A stretch of 64,000 nt of DNA from Tubiluchus corallicola (taxonomy: Eukaryota; Animalia; Priapulida), in contig JAQGDQ010000774.1 of assembly GCA_030141605.1 (NCBI GenBank), forward strand, positions 33,952 to 97,951, written 5' to 3'. Of the stretch, positions 1-14,042 are shown one piece after another (the first letter of the stretch is position 1; every line of letters begins with the position of its first letter). Both the position numbers and the translations under genes were made by a program. The notes under the pieces are model-generated. The model saw only the letters and a list, made by a program, of their open reading frames with translations. It did no database searches and was not told the origin of the DNA.

Positions 1-488
1 GATATTGCACTTATAAGCTGGCAACAGCCACCTTGTCGGCCATCTTGAATGATAATGTCTTATTAGCTTCATGTCTAAAATTAATCAACCGGATGAGTTT
101 TACATTGTGTAAAGTATCATGTTTCTAAGGCAAAGCAAGCAATTCCACCATTTTGTGTAATATTTGTAACCATATCAGCTGTCATTTCGAAATGGGATAA
201 TATTATGGGGACGTTTAAGCAACAGATATGGATTCATTGATCTTCGAATCCATGAATTTAAAGTAGAGATGACACAAATAAAATGTAACTAATTTAAATT
301 TTTAATTTGCAGTAGTTTTGAGCATCAAATATTTGAAATTTATTTGTAACATTACTTGAGGTAGAGGATGCAGTAGCAAAGATACATGGGGTCCAATTAC
401 CACAAATACCTAAGTAACCTGGGACATTTCGCAAGAGGAAAGTCCCCAGAAGTTGTCATCCAGGAATTCACTAATGTTCTCAGCAGGT

Positions 489-930
489 TCTTGTTCATCT
501 TTGATAGCGTAGCTTATGCAGTGGACACTCATATACTCCTTACCTGGAATGCTGAAACACTCTTTCTTGTTCATCTTTGATAGCGTAGCTTATGCAGTGG
601 ACACTCATATACTCCTTACCTGGAATGCTCAAACACTCTTTCTTGTTCATCTTTGATAGCGTAGATTATGCAGTGGTCACTCATATACTCTTTACCTGGA
701 ATGCTCAAACACTGTTTCTTGTTCACATTTGACAGCGTAGCAGTGGTCACTCATATGCTCCTTACGTGGAATGCTCAAACACTCTTTCTTGTTCATCTTT
801 GATAGCGTAGCTTATGCAGTGGTCACTCATATACGCCTTACATGGAATGCTCAAACATTCTTTCTTGTTCATATTTGATAGCGTAGCAGAGGTCACTCAT
901 ATACTCCTTATGTGGAATGCTCAAACACTT
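489..930. repeat. Minisatellite, 76-bp unit, about 6 copies
   Basis: tcttgttcatctttgatagcgtagc... recurs at 489, 565 and 641; some later units carry a 6-bp deletion. Confidence 0.9.
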
Positions 931-2514
931 TCTGATAAATACCTTGTTTCATGGTCTAAAACGATGTTGACCTTGACGAGTTTGGATTTAAAGTAGAGGT
1001 AACACAAATAAAATGTACCTATTTTTAATTTTTAATTTGCATTAGTTTTGAGCATCAAATTTAAGTGAGTAATTTATTTATTATGATTATTATCTTAATG
1101 TCAAGATCATTGTTAATAATGATCACGTTGACAACGTTTTGTGTTACTTTGAAAGGCCCAACGAAATTCTATTTACAGCAAGATATTCTATAAAATGGCC
1201 AATCCAGGGTCCTTTGAGGCTGTATGCTTTCTGCACGTTAAAATTTTCTAATTTAATACAATCTATAAGATTAAACGTTCCTTTTACATTGTCAGCGACC
1301 TTAGCTAATAGAATGCAGGATCTTTTTGTCATAAATGCGCTGAATAAACTTAGTTGTGTTTATTCATCGTCTGATGCAACTTAAAAGTTCCGGAAATACG
1401 TCGCCGATGCAAAACGGTAAAACTTATCCTGGTCTGTTGATTAGGCAAAAACGCTGACAGAGCGAAATGACAGATCCTGTCCGGTATTGCTGACTATGTA
1501 AAAGCGCTGATAGAGCAAAACGATAAAACGTATCCTGGTTTGCCAATTACGTAAAAACGCTGACAGAGCGAAAGGCTAAAACTTGTCCTTGTCTGCATAA
1601 TAAGTAAACATGCTGATGGCGCAAAATGATAAAAACCGCTAATATAGCGATATTACAGGTCGAAATTTTACAATAAAATTGTTACAAATTTAACCGTCAA
1701 GTTTCATAGTATATTCTTCAGTGACGCTCGCATACTAGACAAATTCAGCAAAATACGTGTGGGAATAGTGCGTACGTCTTTCATTTGTTCTCGAAAAAAA
1801 ATGTTCTGGTTTAATCTGGTTTATTTCGCTTTAATACTTACAGTCTTCATGCGGCTAAATTCTAAAGTAAATAATATGACAGCTTTTGAGGGATTAAATC
1901 AAAAGAAACAATTGCTCAATGAACGAATATCAGGCAAAATTTGAACAAATTTTATACCTGACTTGCCAGACAGTAAACTGGTGGAAAGATTTTACCTTGC
2001 GTTGCCTAATTAATGAGTTATTAACTTATTTGTATCCCACAAGAAATGTCTGGAAGTCTCCCTCTTTAGACGCCTAGTTAAACCCCGCAAAATATTTTGC
2101 ATGTAAACCAGTGATGACAAGCCATTGTTCTCACATTCAGGTCACGAAATTCTTTGCTAACCCATCAATGCAATACATTTTGATATAGTTCTTTCAAATG
2201 CCACGTAAATGTGGTATTACAGTTAAATGGCTATTCGTTTTAACCTGCTAAATACGTTCGTGACACAAGCCATACCATTTCCACCACACTCAACTCCCAC
2301 ATCATACCACACCACACCACTTCTAGCACATCACACCTACTACACCACTCCACCATCAGGTTGAAGACCCGAATATTTTATGTGAGGGGTGAGACTAAGA
2401 TCGATCATTTTGTAATAATTGAGCTAAAGCTATGATGTCTAGACTACGCATGTGACCGCATGTGATGCAACGTAAACAATTGCACTTAGAATAAAAATAA
2501 TTCAGCAACAATTC

Positions 2515-2591
<77 letters not shown>

Positions 2592-3879
2592 TATAATAAT
2601 TATGATAATAATTAAAAAATAAGTTTTAGCCTTTATATTGTCAATAATAATTTCTAGGAAAGGTTGTTTTCTGTCGTGGGTGTTTCAATGTTTCTAGCAT
2701 TACTAATCTTAACAAAAGCAATTTTCTCAATCTAAGTTCTGCCAAGGAAAACACTACATAGACTGATCTGTAACTTGAGTGGGAAAAACCCACGTTAAGT
2801 AAAAACAACAGTGAACTAGAATATCGCACAATGCGCAAAAACTGGAGGTTGGATACAACTTAAAATTTAATATAATTTCTATTTTTATGTTTAATCGTTT
2901 AATAATCTTTGCGCAAAACATTTTTCTGAAACGTTTGCGGCACAAGACTTAAGAAGGCGGAGCAAAGCTGCTGATCATAGCCGTCACGGTCACGGCTCTT
3001 GATCTTACAAAGCCTTGAAGTTTCTGATGGTGAGCATTTGCCGTCACAGCTTCTGGGCGTGTCTTTGTTCTGCAGAAATGCCATACAACAACCCAAGCCC
3101 AACCATTTGCTGTGTGATTTCTCTGCATCAAGTGCAAATGGTGAAACCTGTTTAATGTTTTGCAGAAATTTTGTTCGTTTTTTTAATCTTTTGGCGAAAT
3201 TGAAGTGCCATTGATGCTTGGTGTGATTTTGCCTTAAATTTGAAAATTTGCGTTTTTTTCTGGGTATCGTTAAGTATTGTTTGCGCAGTGATTGCTTATG
3301 CATTAAATTTTGTTTTTTCTTTTGTGATTTCAAATTGACAGTGGCTGCGCTGCATTTGCGTGAAATAATGTGGGCTTGTGCGCCGTATTCAAGAATAAAA
3401 ATATTAAGCGAACGGTTGCTCCGTTTATGCCTGGCGTAAGATTATGAAAGATTTATTAAATCATTTTTCTGTAATCATTTTTTGCTTTTATTAATAAATT
3501 TATTACCTGTTTTGTGTTTCATTGCGAAACTACATATACAAATTGTATGCGTGTAATTTTTCTTATTGCATATACTCACTGAAGTATTATCTGATTTGTT
3601 TAACGTTTATAAGTTTATTAAAGTGAATATTATTACTAAAAAATTCTTTACACTATAACTATTAAGATCAATTTGCTGACTTAGGCCTGCCATTAAAAAT
3701 AGCAAAAAATGGCACCGTTTTTTTTTGTTTTTTCAAGTACTATTTGATCCAGGAAAGAACGTATCGAAAATATCCCGAAACTTGAGGCCACAAAGGTTTA
3801 ATTATCAAGCCAGAGAGATGGCCACTACTTAGACTGCCAGATGCTCATTTTGATTCGAAAGCAGAAAACTTTTGCACAG

Positions 3880-5995
3880 TGCTAGAGTTCATTAAGATAA
3901 TTACTTTTGGTTATGGAGTCAAACGAAATTCGTCCAATATGGCTACAATTTTCGGGATAGCCCACAATATGGCTGTTTCTAGCTTACAAGGACATTATCT
4001 TATCTATTAGAGCAGACAGGATAATGATATTGGTGCTTATATGTGGGTTTTCAAGGTCAAGGAGTCAACATCTGATGCTTGAATACCTCTGTAATGCCCA
4101 CCCCATTTTGAGATAGCTGCAAATAAATGATGGAATTGCATATTTTGACTTAAAAACATGAAATTTTGCAAATTGCTATTGCCCATTCAGTAAACTAATT
4201 TTGGATTTGGAGCTAAACGAAAACCATCCAATATGGCTACAGCATTCAGAATGGCCGACAAGATGGCTGTTGTCAGCTCACAAGGGATATCCATTTAGAA
4301 ATTGTGAACAAAGCCTACCTGTTTTGTCAACAAAAAGTGCACCTACAGTCACAACGTAGCAAGGTTATGTTTGAATGCTGGCATCGTTTCTTGAATGAAT
4401 ATAACAGCTTTTAATACTGCGTGAGGTACATTACTACACTCTGCTTAATGTCGGCAACAGGCAAATATCTTAGGTATATAGCTTTTCATAAAAATTTCAA
4501 TGCCGTAGGCCCTGAAAAGAATCAGTTCTATCAGCTTTTAGTGGTTTACCAGATTTGAGATTTTACAGGAGAGAAAAAAGATAGCCTTTTCTACACTGTT
4601 GAAGAAGTAACAAAGAATGTGGTGTCTCTAAGCATTTCCTACTTTCTCCTACTTCCTGCTTGAAGGAATCAGCTACTTCCTTCAAGTTTGGGCTTGAATG
4701 TCGCTGTCCAATATGACAAAACCAGTTCATGCATCACAGTTGATGTAACAGATAAAGACTTGCCCACAAGGAAGAGTGTCATTGGATGTAATGTCAGAGC
4801 ATACTAATTGGGTTGTGTTGCAAGCAGAACTGTCAGGACCAGCATTGCACCCTGCCCCAAACTTTACTATCATCATAAGAGATAGGCTAGAAAAGTTTTA
4901 CTGAACTGACACGGAAATCACACTGAATTTTGCATTCTAAAGCGTCCAAAGAGTGTCTACCACATATTTAATGTTTAACCAGCAATTGAATTTGTGCTGT
5001 GGTAGATGTAAATGCACTGAAACAAGTACTGTTTGTGCAAAAGACATATTTTAGATAAGTTTTAAAATTAAATTAATAATAGGTTTTAATAAATATATCA
5101 TTATTACATGTACTATGAATAATAATAATAGCTAGGTTTTGTTGATAACATCACTTCTAAACTCGGTCATCATTCACCATCATATTTGCATGACACAAGG
5201 AATACTTTCTTGGACACATTTACATCTGCCACAACACCATTTCGCTTACTGGTAACAACATTGACTAAGTTGTTGACAAGCTTTTGGTGCTTCAGAATAC
5301 AAAGTACAGTGTGATGTCCTGTCAGCCTTGTCAGTCCAGTAAAACTTTTGTGATATGGTGAGCCAAATGGTGATAGTAAAATCTAGGGCAGGGATAAAAA
5401 CCAGGAAGCAACAGTTCTGCTTGATGCACAACCTGATCAGTCTGCTCCAACATTGCATCCAATGACAATTTTCCTTGTGGATAAGTGCTCATGTGCTATG
5501 CCAACTGTCACAGTGATACATGTGTTGGCTTTGTCATACTAGAGTGCAGCAATATTGTTCAAGCACAAACATGAGAAAACATACAGTAGCTGTAGTATTT
5601 CGAGGAAAATTCAAGTATCAAAAACAACCTTGCTACACTCTGACAGTACATGCATTATAGATGACAAAACATGTAGACATTTGTTCACAATTCCTAAGAG
5701 ATATCGCACTAATGAGCTAGCCACAGCAATCTAGTCGGCCATCTTGGATGCTATGGCCATATTGAACAAGTTTCAATTGGTTTCACGTCCAAAATTAATC
5801 ATTCAGGTGGGTTTTAGCATTGTGCTCCTTGATATGGAGATCCTGCGTTAAGGCACAAAAATCATCATCCAGTCTGCTCTGATGTCTAAGATGTAGAGCT
5901 TGAAAGCTAGCAACAGCCATATTGTCGGCCATCTCGAGAATTGCAGCAATATTGAACGAATTACAATAAATTGCGTAAGCAAAATTAATGCTTTA
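3880..5995. mobile_element. Decayed DNA transposon with long imperfect inverted ends
   Basis: 3960-4320 is inversely homologous to 5675-5935 (e.g. atggccgacaagatggctg...attgtgaacaaa vs ttgttcacaatt...gtcggccatcttg). The interior has no intact ORF. Related motifs occur at 1-200. Confidence 0.5.
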
Positions 5996-7187
5996 AGGAG
6001 ATGGAGAAGGGTTATCTGAAGTAGGTTTCAGAAACATTGCCTTAAAAATTATTACAACTTTATAGAAATCTTATGCATACGTCGTTTTAGCATTAAAAGA
6101 AATCTTTGGTTGTTTTCATTTTAAATCTCCTGCAAAACTGTTCCGACTGCATCATTAGATCACGTGTGTCACTACGCAAATGTAAATCACTGGAAGAAAA
6201 GGCAATTTTCAGCCTTGTCTAAGCTATTTTTACATGTTTCATACAGCGTGACTGCCGATGCAGACCCTGTGTGCAAAAAGTAACACGTACAATTTTTTTG
6301 TTTTATTATATTAGTGTTACTTTTCAATAGTGTAAACTTTTAGTTTATTAGTGTATATTAGTGTAAACTTTTTACTCTCTACAAATATGTAATTGCAGGC
6401 AGTAACTAGCCACGTTGGTGTATCAGCAGAACGCTGGTCACCAGACCCCAGGAGTAGTCCCATGGGTATCATTGATTTTACACATGAAAAACTGTAATAT
6501 CAATAATTATTTCTACGCATACAGAAAAGGCATTACCTGCCCTGAAATTAAGCCTCTTATACATTCCTGTATGACAAGCCATCCAATTCATGTGTGCTTG
6601 GACACAATTACGGATACGGATAAAAGATCACATCTTGGGCAGGTTTCAGAACCCTAACTACCAATGGTATAACTTCTATTTTCAAAAGTTAGTCTAAATT
6701 TATCTAATTGTGAAAATAAAAATTGCTATTTCTAACATAATTTTGCTGTATAAAACATGTAAAAATATGCGTATAATAAATGTATATAAGTTAAATATAA
6801 AATGATTTGTTCAATGTATGTGTGCAGTATAGGTTAATGTTACTGTGCTACCTTTGCATCTGACGCATCTGTCTTCTTTAGCGTTTTGTGCACTGGTTAA
6901 TGTCACATACATATACAGATGTGAAGTTTCAACATATGATAATCAATTTAAGATAAATGAAGATATTCATATAAAACAATAAACAGGTATAATATATATT
7001 ATTATTATTATTATTATTACTGTAGCCCATAACAACTAATTCAGCAAGTATATAGTTCTGAAAAATTTCATTTCCTGCATAACCGAAAACCAATCTTTGC
7101 CATTGTATAATCTAACATGTCAGTGATGTAGAAAATAGCTGACAAATTGGGATCAAATGAAGCCTCACTTGAGAACAAAAAATTGAA

Positions 7188-7435
7188 CTAGTCAGCAGGG
7201 GATTTACATATGTATGATAAAGATTTATTACAGGTTTTGTCATTCCATGCGCCATATTGATGATAATTGATATTCAAACAGTGCTCCTCTCCTTCCATAT
7301 TGTTAGGCTCTTCAGTTTGCTTCGACCAATTACTATATATGATGACATGGGCGTTAGAAATCCACACCCAATTGTCTTCTACGTATTGATCTGTCCCACC
7401 AATCCAGAATGTCCTAGCATAGCAGGTAATATCGT
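7188..7435 (-). CDS. C-type lectin (perlucin-like) terminal exon, C-terminal half of the CTLD
   Basis: Acceptor attctttttatAG|AC (phase 1); FWIGGTD...WVW...YSNW...EPNNMEGEEHCL...WNDKTC...YICK then stop. WIG, EPN, WND and the Cys pattern are intact. Upstream exons not identified. Confidence 0.85.
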
Positions 7436-7464
7436 CTATAAAAAGAATATTAATTAAGAAGTAG

Positions 7465-8580
7465 AAAACCAAAAGCATGTAATGCTCTTACAGTGAAAAC
7501 CAAAAGCATTTAATGCTCTTACTGTAAAAATTAAAAGCATGTAATGCTCTTGCTGTAAAAATTAAAAGCATGTAATGCTCTTGCAGTAAAAACGAAAATC
7601 ACATACTGCTCTTGCAGTAAAAATTAAAAACATGTAATTCTCTTGCAGTGAAAGTGAAAAGCACATAATGCTCTTGCAGTAAAAATGAAAAGCACATACT
7701 GCTCTTGCAGTAAAAATTAAAAGCATGTAATTCTCTTGCAGTGAAAGTGAAAAGCACATAATGCTCTTGCAGTAAAAATGAAAAGCACATACTGCTCTTG
7801 CAGTAAAAATTAAAAGCATGTAATTCTCTTGCAGTGAAAGTGAAAAGCACATAATGCTCTTGCAGTAAAAATGAAAAGCACATAATGCTCTTGCAGTAAA
7901 AATGAAAAGCACATGATGGCCTTGCAGTAAAAATGAAAAGTACATAATGCTCTTGCAGCAAAATGAAAAGCACATAATGCTCTTGCAGTAAAAATGAAAA
8001 GCACATACTGCTCTTGCAGTAAAAATTAAAAGCATGTAATTCTCTTGCAGTGAAAGTGAAAAGCACCTAATGCTCTTGCAGTAAAAATGAAAAGCACATA
8101 CTGCTCTTGCAGTGAAAATTAAAAGCATGTAATTCTCTTGCAGTGAAAGTGAAAAGCACATAATGCTCTTGCAGTAAAAATGAAAAGCACATACTGCTCT
8201 TGCAGTAAAAATTAAAATCATGTAATTCTCTTGCAGTGAAAGTGAAAAGCACATAATGCTCTTGCAGTAAAAATGAAAAGCACATACTGCTCTTGCAGTA
8301 AAAATTAAAAGCATGTAATTCTCTTGCAGTGAAAGTGAAAAGCACATAATGCTCTTGCAGTTAAAATGAAAAGCACATACTGTTCTTGCAGTAAAAATTA
8401 AAAGCATGTAATTCTCTTGCAGTGAAAGTGAAAAGCACATAATGCTCTTGCAGTAAAAGTGAAAAGCACATAATGCTCTTGCAGTAAAAATGAAAAGCAC
8501 ATGATGGCCTTGCAGTAAGAATGAAAAGTACATAATGCTCTTGCAGCAAAATGAAAAGCACATAATGCTCTTGCAGTAAA
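7465..8580. repeat. 31-bp minisatellite with 93-bp (3-mer) higher-order structure
   Basis: Monomer aaaaatgaaaagcacataatgctcttgcagt; the variant catgtaattc recurs at 7631, 7724 and 7817 (93-bp period). Confidence 0.93.
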
Positions 8581-9115
8581 ACTGGAAACAAAGTACTTTT
8601 TTATTTAATTTAAGACTTCGTCAAGCTGTTAGAAGCGACTGAACATTCCAATTTCTCGTCACGAAACAAACTGTTTTTCGCCATCTTGATTTTGAAGTTG
8701 AATCGTCATCGTGACGTCATCGGTGTTTGATGAGCGGCCACGAAAACAGCAGGAAATTGCGTTGCAATGCTTATGCGTGTCGTCAACAGTTAGGCCTACA
8801 TATTAGCACATAAAATTCTGCCTTAAGTGCTTTTGTAGCTGTGCGGAATATGGTTGCAATGCCCAGGATTAATCAATCTCTTAAAATCCGATAATACTTT
8901 TTCTGCAGGTATCGGTCGAGTAGCTCTTGTTGGTTTAGCATATGTATAAACCGTATAGGCTCGAGTGCTCGAGATATTTACGAGTGCTAAATTAGAAAGT
9001 AGCAGAAAGCGATACTGAATTAAAAAGTCAGAAAATTTGAATGTCTAACTTAGTCAACCATGAAGCTCCATTATTATCAGTTTTGTTTTTTTTTGAAGAA
9101 AAATATAATTTTTTC

Positions 9116-9459
9116 GTATAACGACACACTAGCTCGTTATAACGACTCACTACCCTGTTATAACGACACACTGGCTCGTTATAACGACTCACTACCCTGT
9201 TATAACGACACACTGGCTCGTTATAACGACTCACTACCCTGTTATAACGACTCACTACCCTGTTATAACGACTCACTACCCTGTTATAACGACATACTGG
9301 CTCGTTATAACGACTCACTACATTGTTATAACGACATACTAGCTCGTTATAACGACTCACTACCCTGTTATAACGACATACTGGCTCGTTATAACGACTC
9401 ACTACCCTGTTATAACGACATACTGGCTCGTTATAACGACTCACTACCCTGTTATAACG
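9116..9459. repeat. 21-bp A/B alternating minisatellite (42-bp dimer)
   Basis: tataacgacacactggctcgt alternating with tataacgactcactaccctgt. Confidence 0.92.
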
Positions 9460-10404
9460 AAATACCACCTCTATTCTTTATTTTGTCACATCTGCCAACT
9501 TTGCATGTATATCTGCTTGTGTTTGTTTATATTTACATAACTTTTTTTACCTGCACTTTTGCTAGTACAAAACCTTGCACGGTGAGGATGCATGTTTCAG
9601 TTTTAATAAATGTCTAATCTAAACTAAATAAACTACGTTTAAACTAAACATAACGAAAGTTGTGTGAATCTGGCTTTAACAGCCATTTAAAATTTGAAAG
9701 TTCATTTCAATCTAAATTTTGTGCTACATGATACTAACGTTTTTTTAGTTAATTGAATATCCGGTTGCTAACTAAACTAAACTTGAGACGCATTAGCAAC
9801 ATTATCGGCTGGTTGAGTAAAAAAAGTCATTGAAACGTGACGAGTGAGAGTCTGCTGATTGGCCGTTATGTATTTTGTCATCATAGGCAGGTAAATAAAG
9901 CTAGTTCGACTAGAACAATCGGTCGAGTGACTTACTGCGCTCGAGATGATGGACCAAAAATAGAATTCCATCAATAGAGGAAATATTTGTTCTAGTTTAG
10001 TCGTACGTAGGTTTTTAGGTTTTTTAAGAAAATGACATTAATGCCGCCATCTTGAATTCAAGTATATTTTTGTAAAGCTTCATAAGATTCATTGGGAATT
10101 GGTGGAACCGTACCCTTTTTTTCGAAAATGATGTTTATTGCTATCACCATGAACTATAATGCTGATTAGAACTCAAGATGGCAGATGAAAAATTTGGCTC
10201 CATGCCTCGATACACAATTTATTTTAGTATATTCCCATAAAATGTTCGTCACGACCTGTTGCAAATCGGCCGAGCATTATTTCGAAAATTATATTATCGC
10301 CGCCATCTTGAGTTCAAGATAGCAAATAAAATATCCGACTCCGCTAGTTGATGTGCTACTCATTTTAGTAGATTTCTGCAAGGTTTCATGAAGATCGTTT
10401 GCAA

Positions 10405-11010
<606 letters not shown>

Positions 11011-11149
11011 TATAGCTATCAGATGTAATGAGAATTAAGCGATTTAGATTACTTAAATGATCTAAGATTAAAAATTAGAAATTTAAATGTAAGAACAGGC
11101 ACATAAAGTCTGTAATAAAATAAAAACGAGGATGAGACAGTTGCTACAG

Positions 11150-11400
11150 CGTGTATGAAATCCTAAACAGGTATGTGTTTAACCTTTGCTTTAAACGGTC
11201 CTTTGATTTGCTCTCACGTGGCTGACAGGGTAATTTGTTCCATAACTGTGGCGCACATGCAGAGATGGCTCTTAACCCCCCCCCACCCATAGGTCTTGCT
11301 GGACCTTCCCAGGGCACTCACGACTTGTTTTTATGTTTGTTGAACGGAGAGCTCAAACTGGCGTGTGCTAAATCGCTAAACAATGTTTTCGAAGTAGGAG
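11150..11400 (-). mobile_element. Decayed L2/CR1-type LINE 3' fragment
   Basis: RAISACAPQLWNKLP...RLKQRLNTYLF resembles RAFS..AP.LWN.LP...FK..LKTYLF. Confidence 0.6.
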
Positions 11401-11772
11401 CTGAAGTTTAGTCAATGTAGATCGAGCAGTATTGGTTGTCTTGATTGTTAAACTGGCCAACAAATAACTGGCAATTAATTGTGCCTCTTTTTATTTTATT
11501 CTTATTTTGGCTACGTTTATGCTTTGGAAATATTATCATGACTTAGTCGTCATCATAACATCATCGTACTAACATGTGTCATTCATGTATTCCTCATCAA
11601 CATGCTGAATTTCTACCTTTTGCACTTTGCCTTGATTCTAGAAACTGCGTGTGAGTGTGTGTGTGCGTGCGTGTGCATGTGTGTGTGCGTGTGCATGTGT
11701 GTGTGTGTGTGTGTGTTTGTGTGTGTGGGGGGGTGTGGGTGTGTGGGTGCGGCTGCATGTGTATGTGTGAGT

Positions 11773-11970
<198 letters not shown>

Positions 11971-14042
11971 TCATATAATGCACTTCTGTTTTTGTTTCTT
12001 AAATTTCCATTAACAAAAACACAAAATGTTCCAGCTGCTGTTCAGAGGCATACCAGTAGTCTCAATAAAAATTATACATTAATGCTTTCTGTGTAAATTA
12101 TCATCGTATGCTCGTGGAAAATCTAGCAATAAATTCTAAACTTTTCAGCGTCGGTGAACTGGAAATCAGGCATTGGCGTGCTTTGCGGCCTTCACTTGTT
12201 GTTGGCTTTGGCCACCATGTGGTGATTTTTTTTGGCCTGGACACGTGATCAGTTTGAGAGTGTCGGTGTCAGAGGCGTGTGAAGTGAGGACGAGTCATTG
12301 TGGGTTGATTAAATGTTGTCGTTATCTGTTGCAATTGCTTATGATTTGGGGCTAAAACGTATGTATATACTCTAATTACTTTATAAAATTTAAATTTACT
12401 ATTAGATAAAAGCTATTTATTGATTAATGCGACAGTGCAGTGTGAAACTCTGAATTATGTAAAATTGACATTTGGCTAGTGTTATTTATTTTTTGTCATT
12501 TTTTTATGGTTTTGTTTAGATGGAATGATATGTTTTGGTAAATAAAGAGGGAAGAAGAGCAAAATGTAATCTAGCTTCGAATTTGGTTTTGAAAGCCCAA
12601 ACAGTCGGTCTTGGCATGAAGTGCCAACAAAAATAAGTCATTTTGATTTTTAAACAGCCAAGCAGATATCCAACTAACAGCAAAACAAACCTGTTTAAAT
12701 TCCAGACGAAGTTTTCGAGTGACGTCAATCTTTCCTTTAATGGGTCGAACAGCAACCATCTTTCCCTGTCAAGAAATAAAAAAAAAGTTAGCGATTTGTG
12801 TAAAGCGCAAGAAAACAACCTTCATAAATAAGGCTTGAAAAATTCGTGAAAATTTGATATCACTAGCGTGCAGTCTTATTGCACGCAGAGCCTGTGTCAG
12901 CAGTAACGCTGCATAAAACTGGTAAATGTAAGCATCTCGATTACCGTTAGCCGCAGCCATTTTAGTTTGAAGCGAGTTTAGAAAACATTGAGCAAAGTTT
13001 GAGAAAACTAATCCGAGCATTTGCAGCACATTCATTGCTAGTTAAGCAAAAGTTTAAATTACTTTATGTTGTCAATGAGTTCTATAATGTATTTTTGGTG
13101 AATCAGTGGTGCACACTGGGAATGTTTTTAAATTTTTAAGAATTTCCTTTCCCGATTACATAAGCATTTCAAACTGGTAAGCGTAATGTTAAGCAACACA
13201 ACTTTGTTTGGAACGGTCAATGGGATAATTCCCTTGTTTCCCCTTCAAATTTTGTAAGATTTGATTTATAAGGTTCGATTTCGTAAAATCCGGAATTTAT
13301 CATTCTAGAACTCCGATATGATATGAACGACTTTTAAGGATTTAAACTAACAATATAAATAACTTTGTCATTATAGTCATCATCGTCACCATCGTCATCA
13401 TCGTCATCATTGTCATCATTGTCACTGAAAAAAAGTTTGCTTTCAACGATACCATTACAGTGAATGTTGTCACAGTCGTCACCAGCGTCATCATCACCAG
13501 TACTGTTGTCATTATCATCATCACCATCATCTGTCCTGGATTTAATTTAGTACGCCGGCGTAATTACGTCACTACTGGGTAGTCATTTTCAATAGGCACC
13601 CTGTGCTGTGACCTAGATCCGCCTGGTATAGGCTGCTCTTTCTGCTGGTTAATAAATTCTGTAGAAAATGCTGTATTGTTATCACCTTAACTCATTAACC
13701 TTGTTGAATGGGCTCGTTAAGCAATGTCAACACTGCTTTTTTTCTATGCCAATGGTTCATACTTTTTAGCATGAGCAGGTCTAGAGATTCTTTTCACGTC
13801 ACCGTATGCCTTTGACACATAAATGCGTTAGCTACGTTATCAAAATAATGACGTTTATCTTGATGTAATAGTCATATATTTGTTCCTAGTTTTAGTATGC
13901 TGGGTTACGTACAACACATTATACGTTTGCAACTTGAGTCGTACTGTTACTCATCCTATTATATTATTATGAGGTTGATTCCTCAGGTTTCGCAATCGTG
14001 ACTAATGTTGTCGTCCCTATTTTAATATGAGTTACTTTCTTC

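Noticed and set aside
7562-8591. Long ORFs (up to 333 aa) in the 31-bp array
   Set aside because: Open frames are a by-product of the 93-bp period; no domain similarity or splice context.
9116-9459. CRISPR-like look: constant palindromic core GTTATAACGAC with short intervening segments
   Set aside because: The intervening segments are only two recurring ~10-bp variants, not unique spacers; eukaryotic context and no cas genes.
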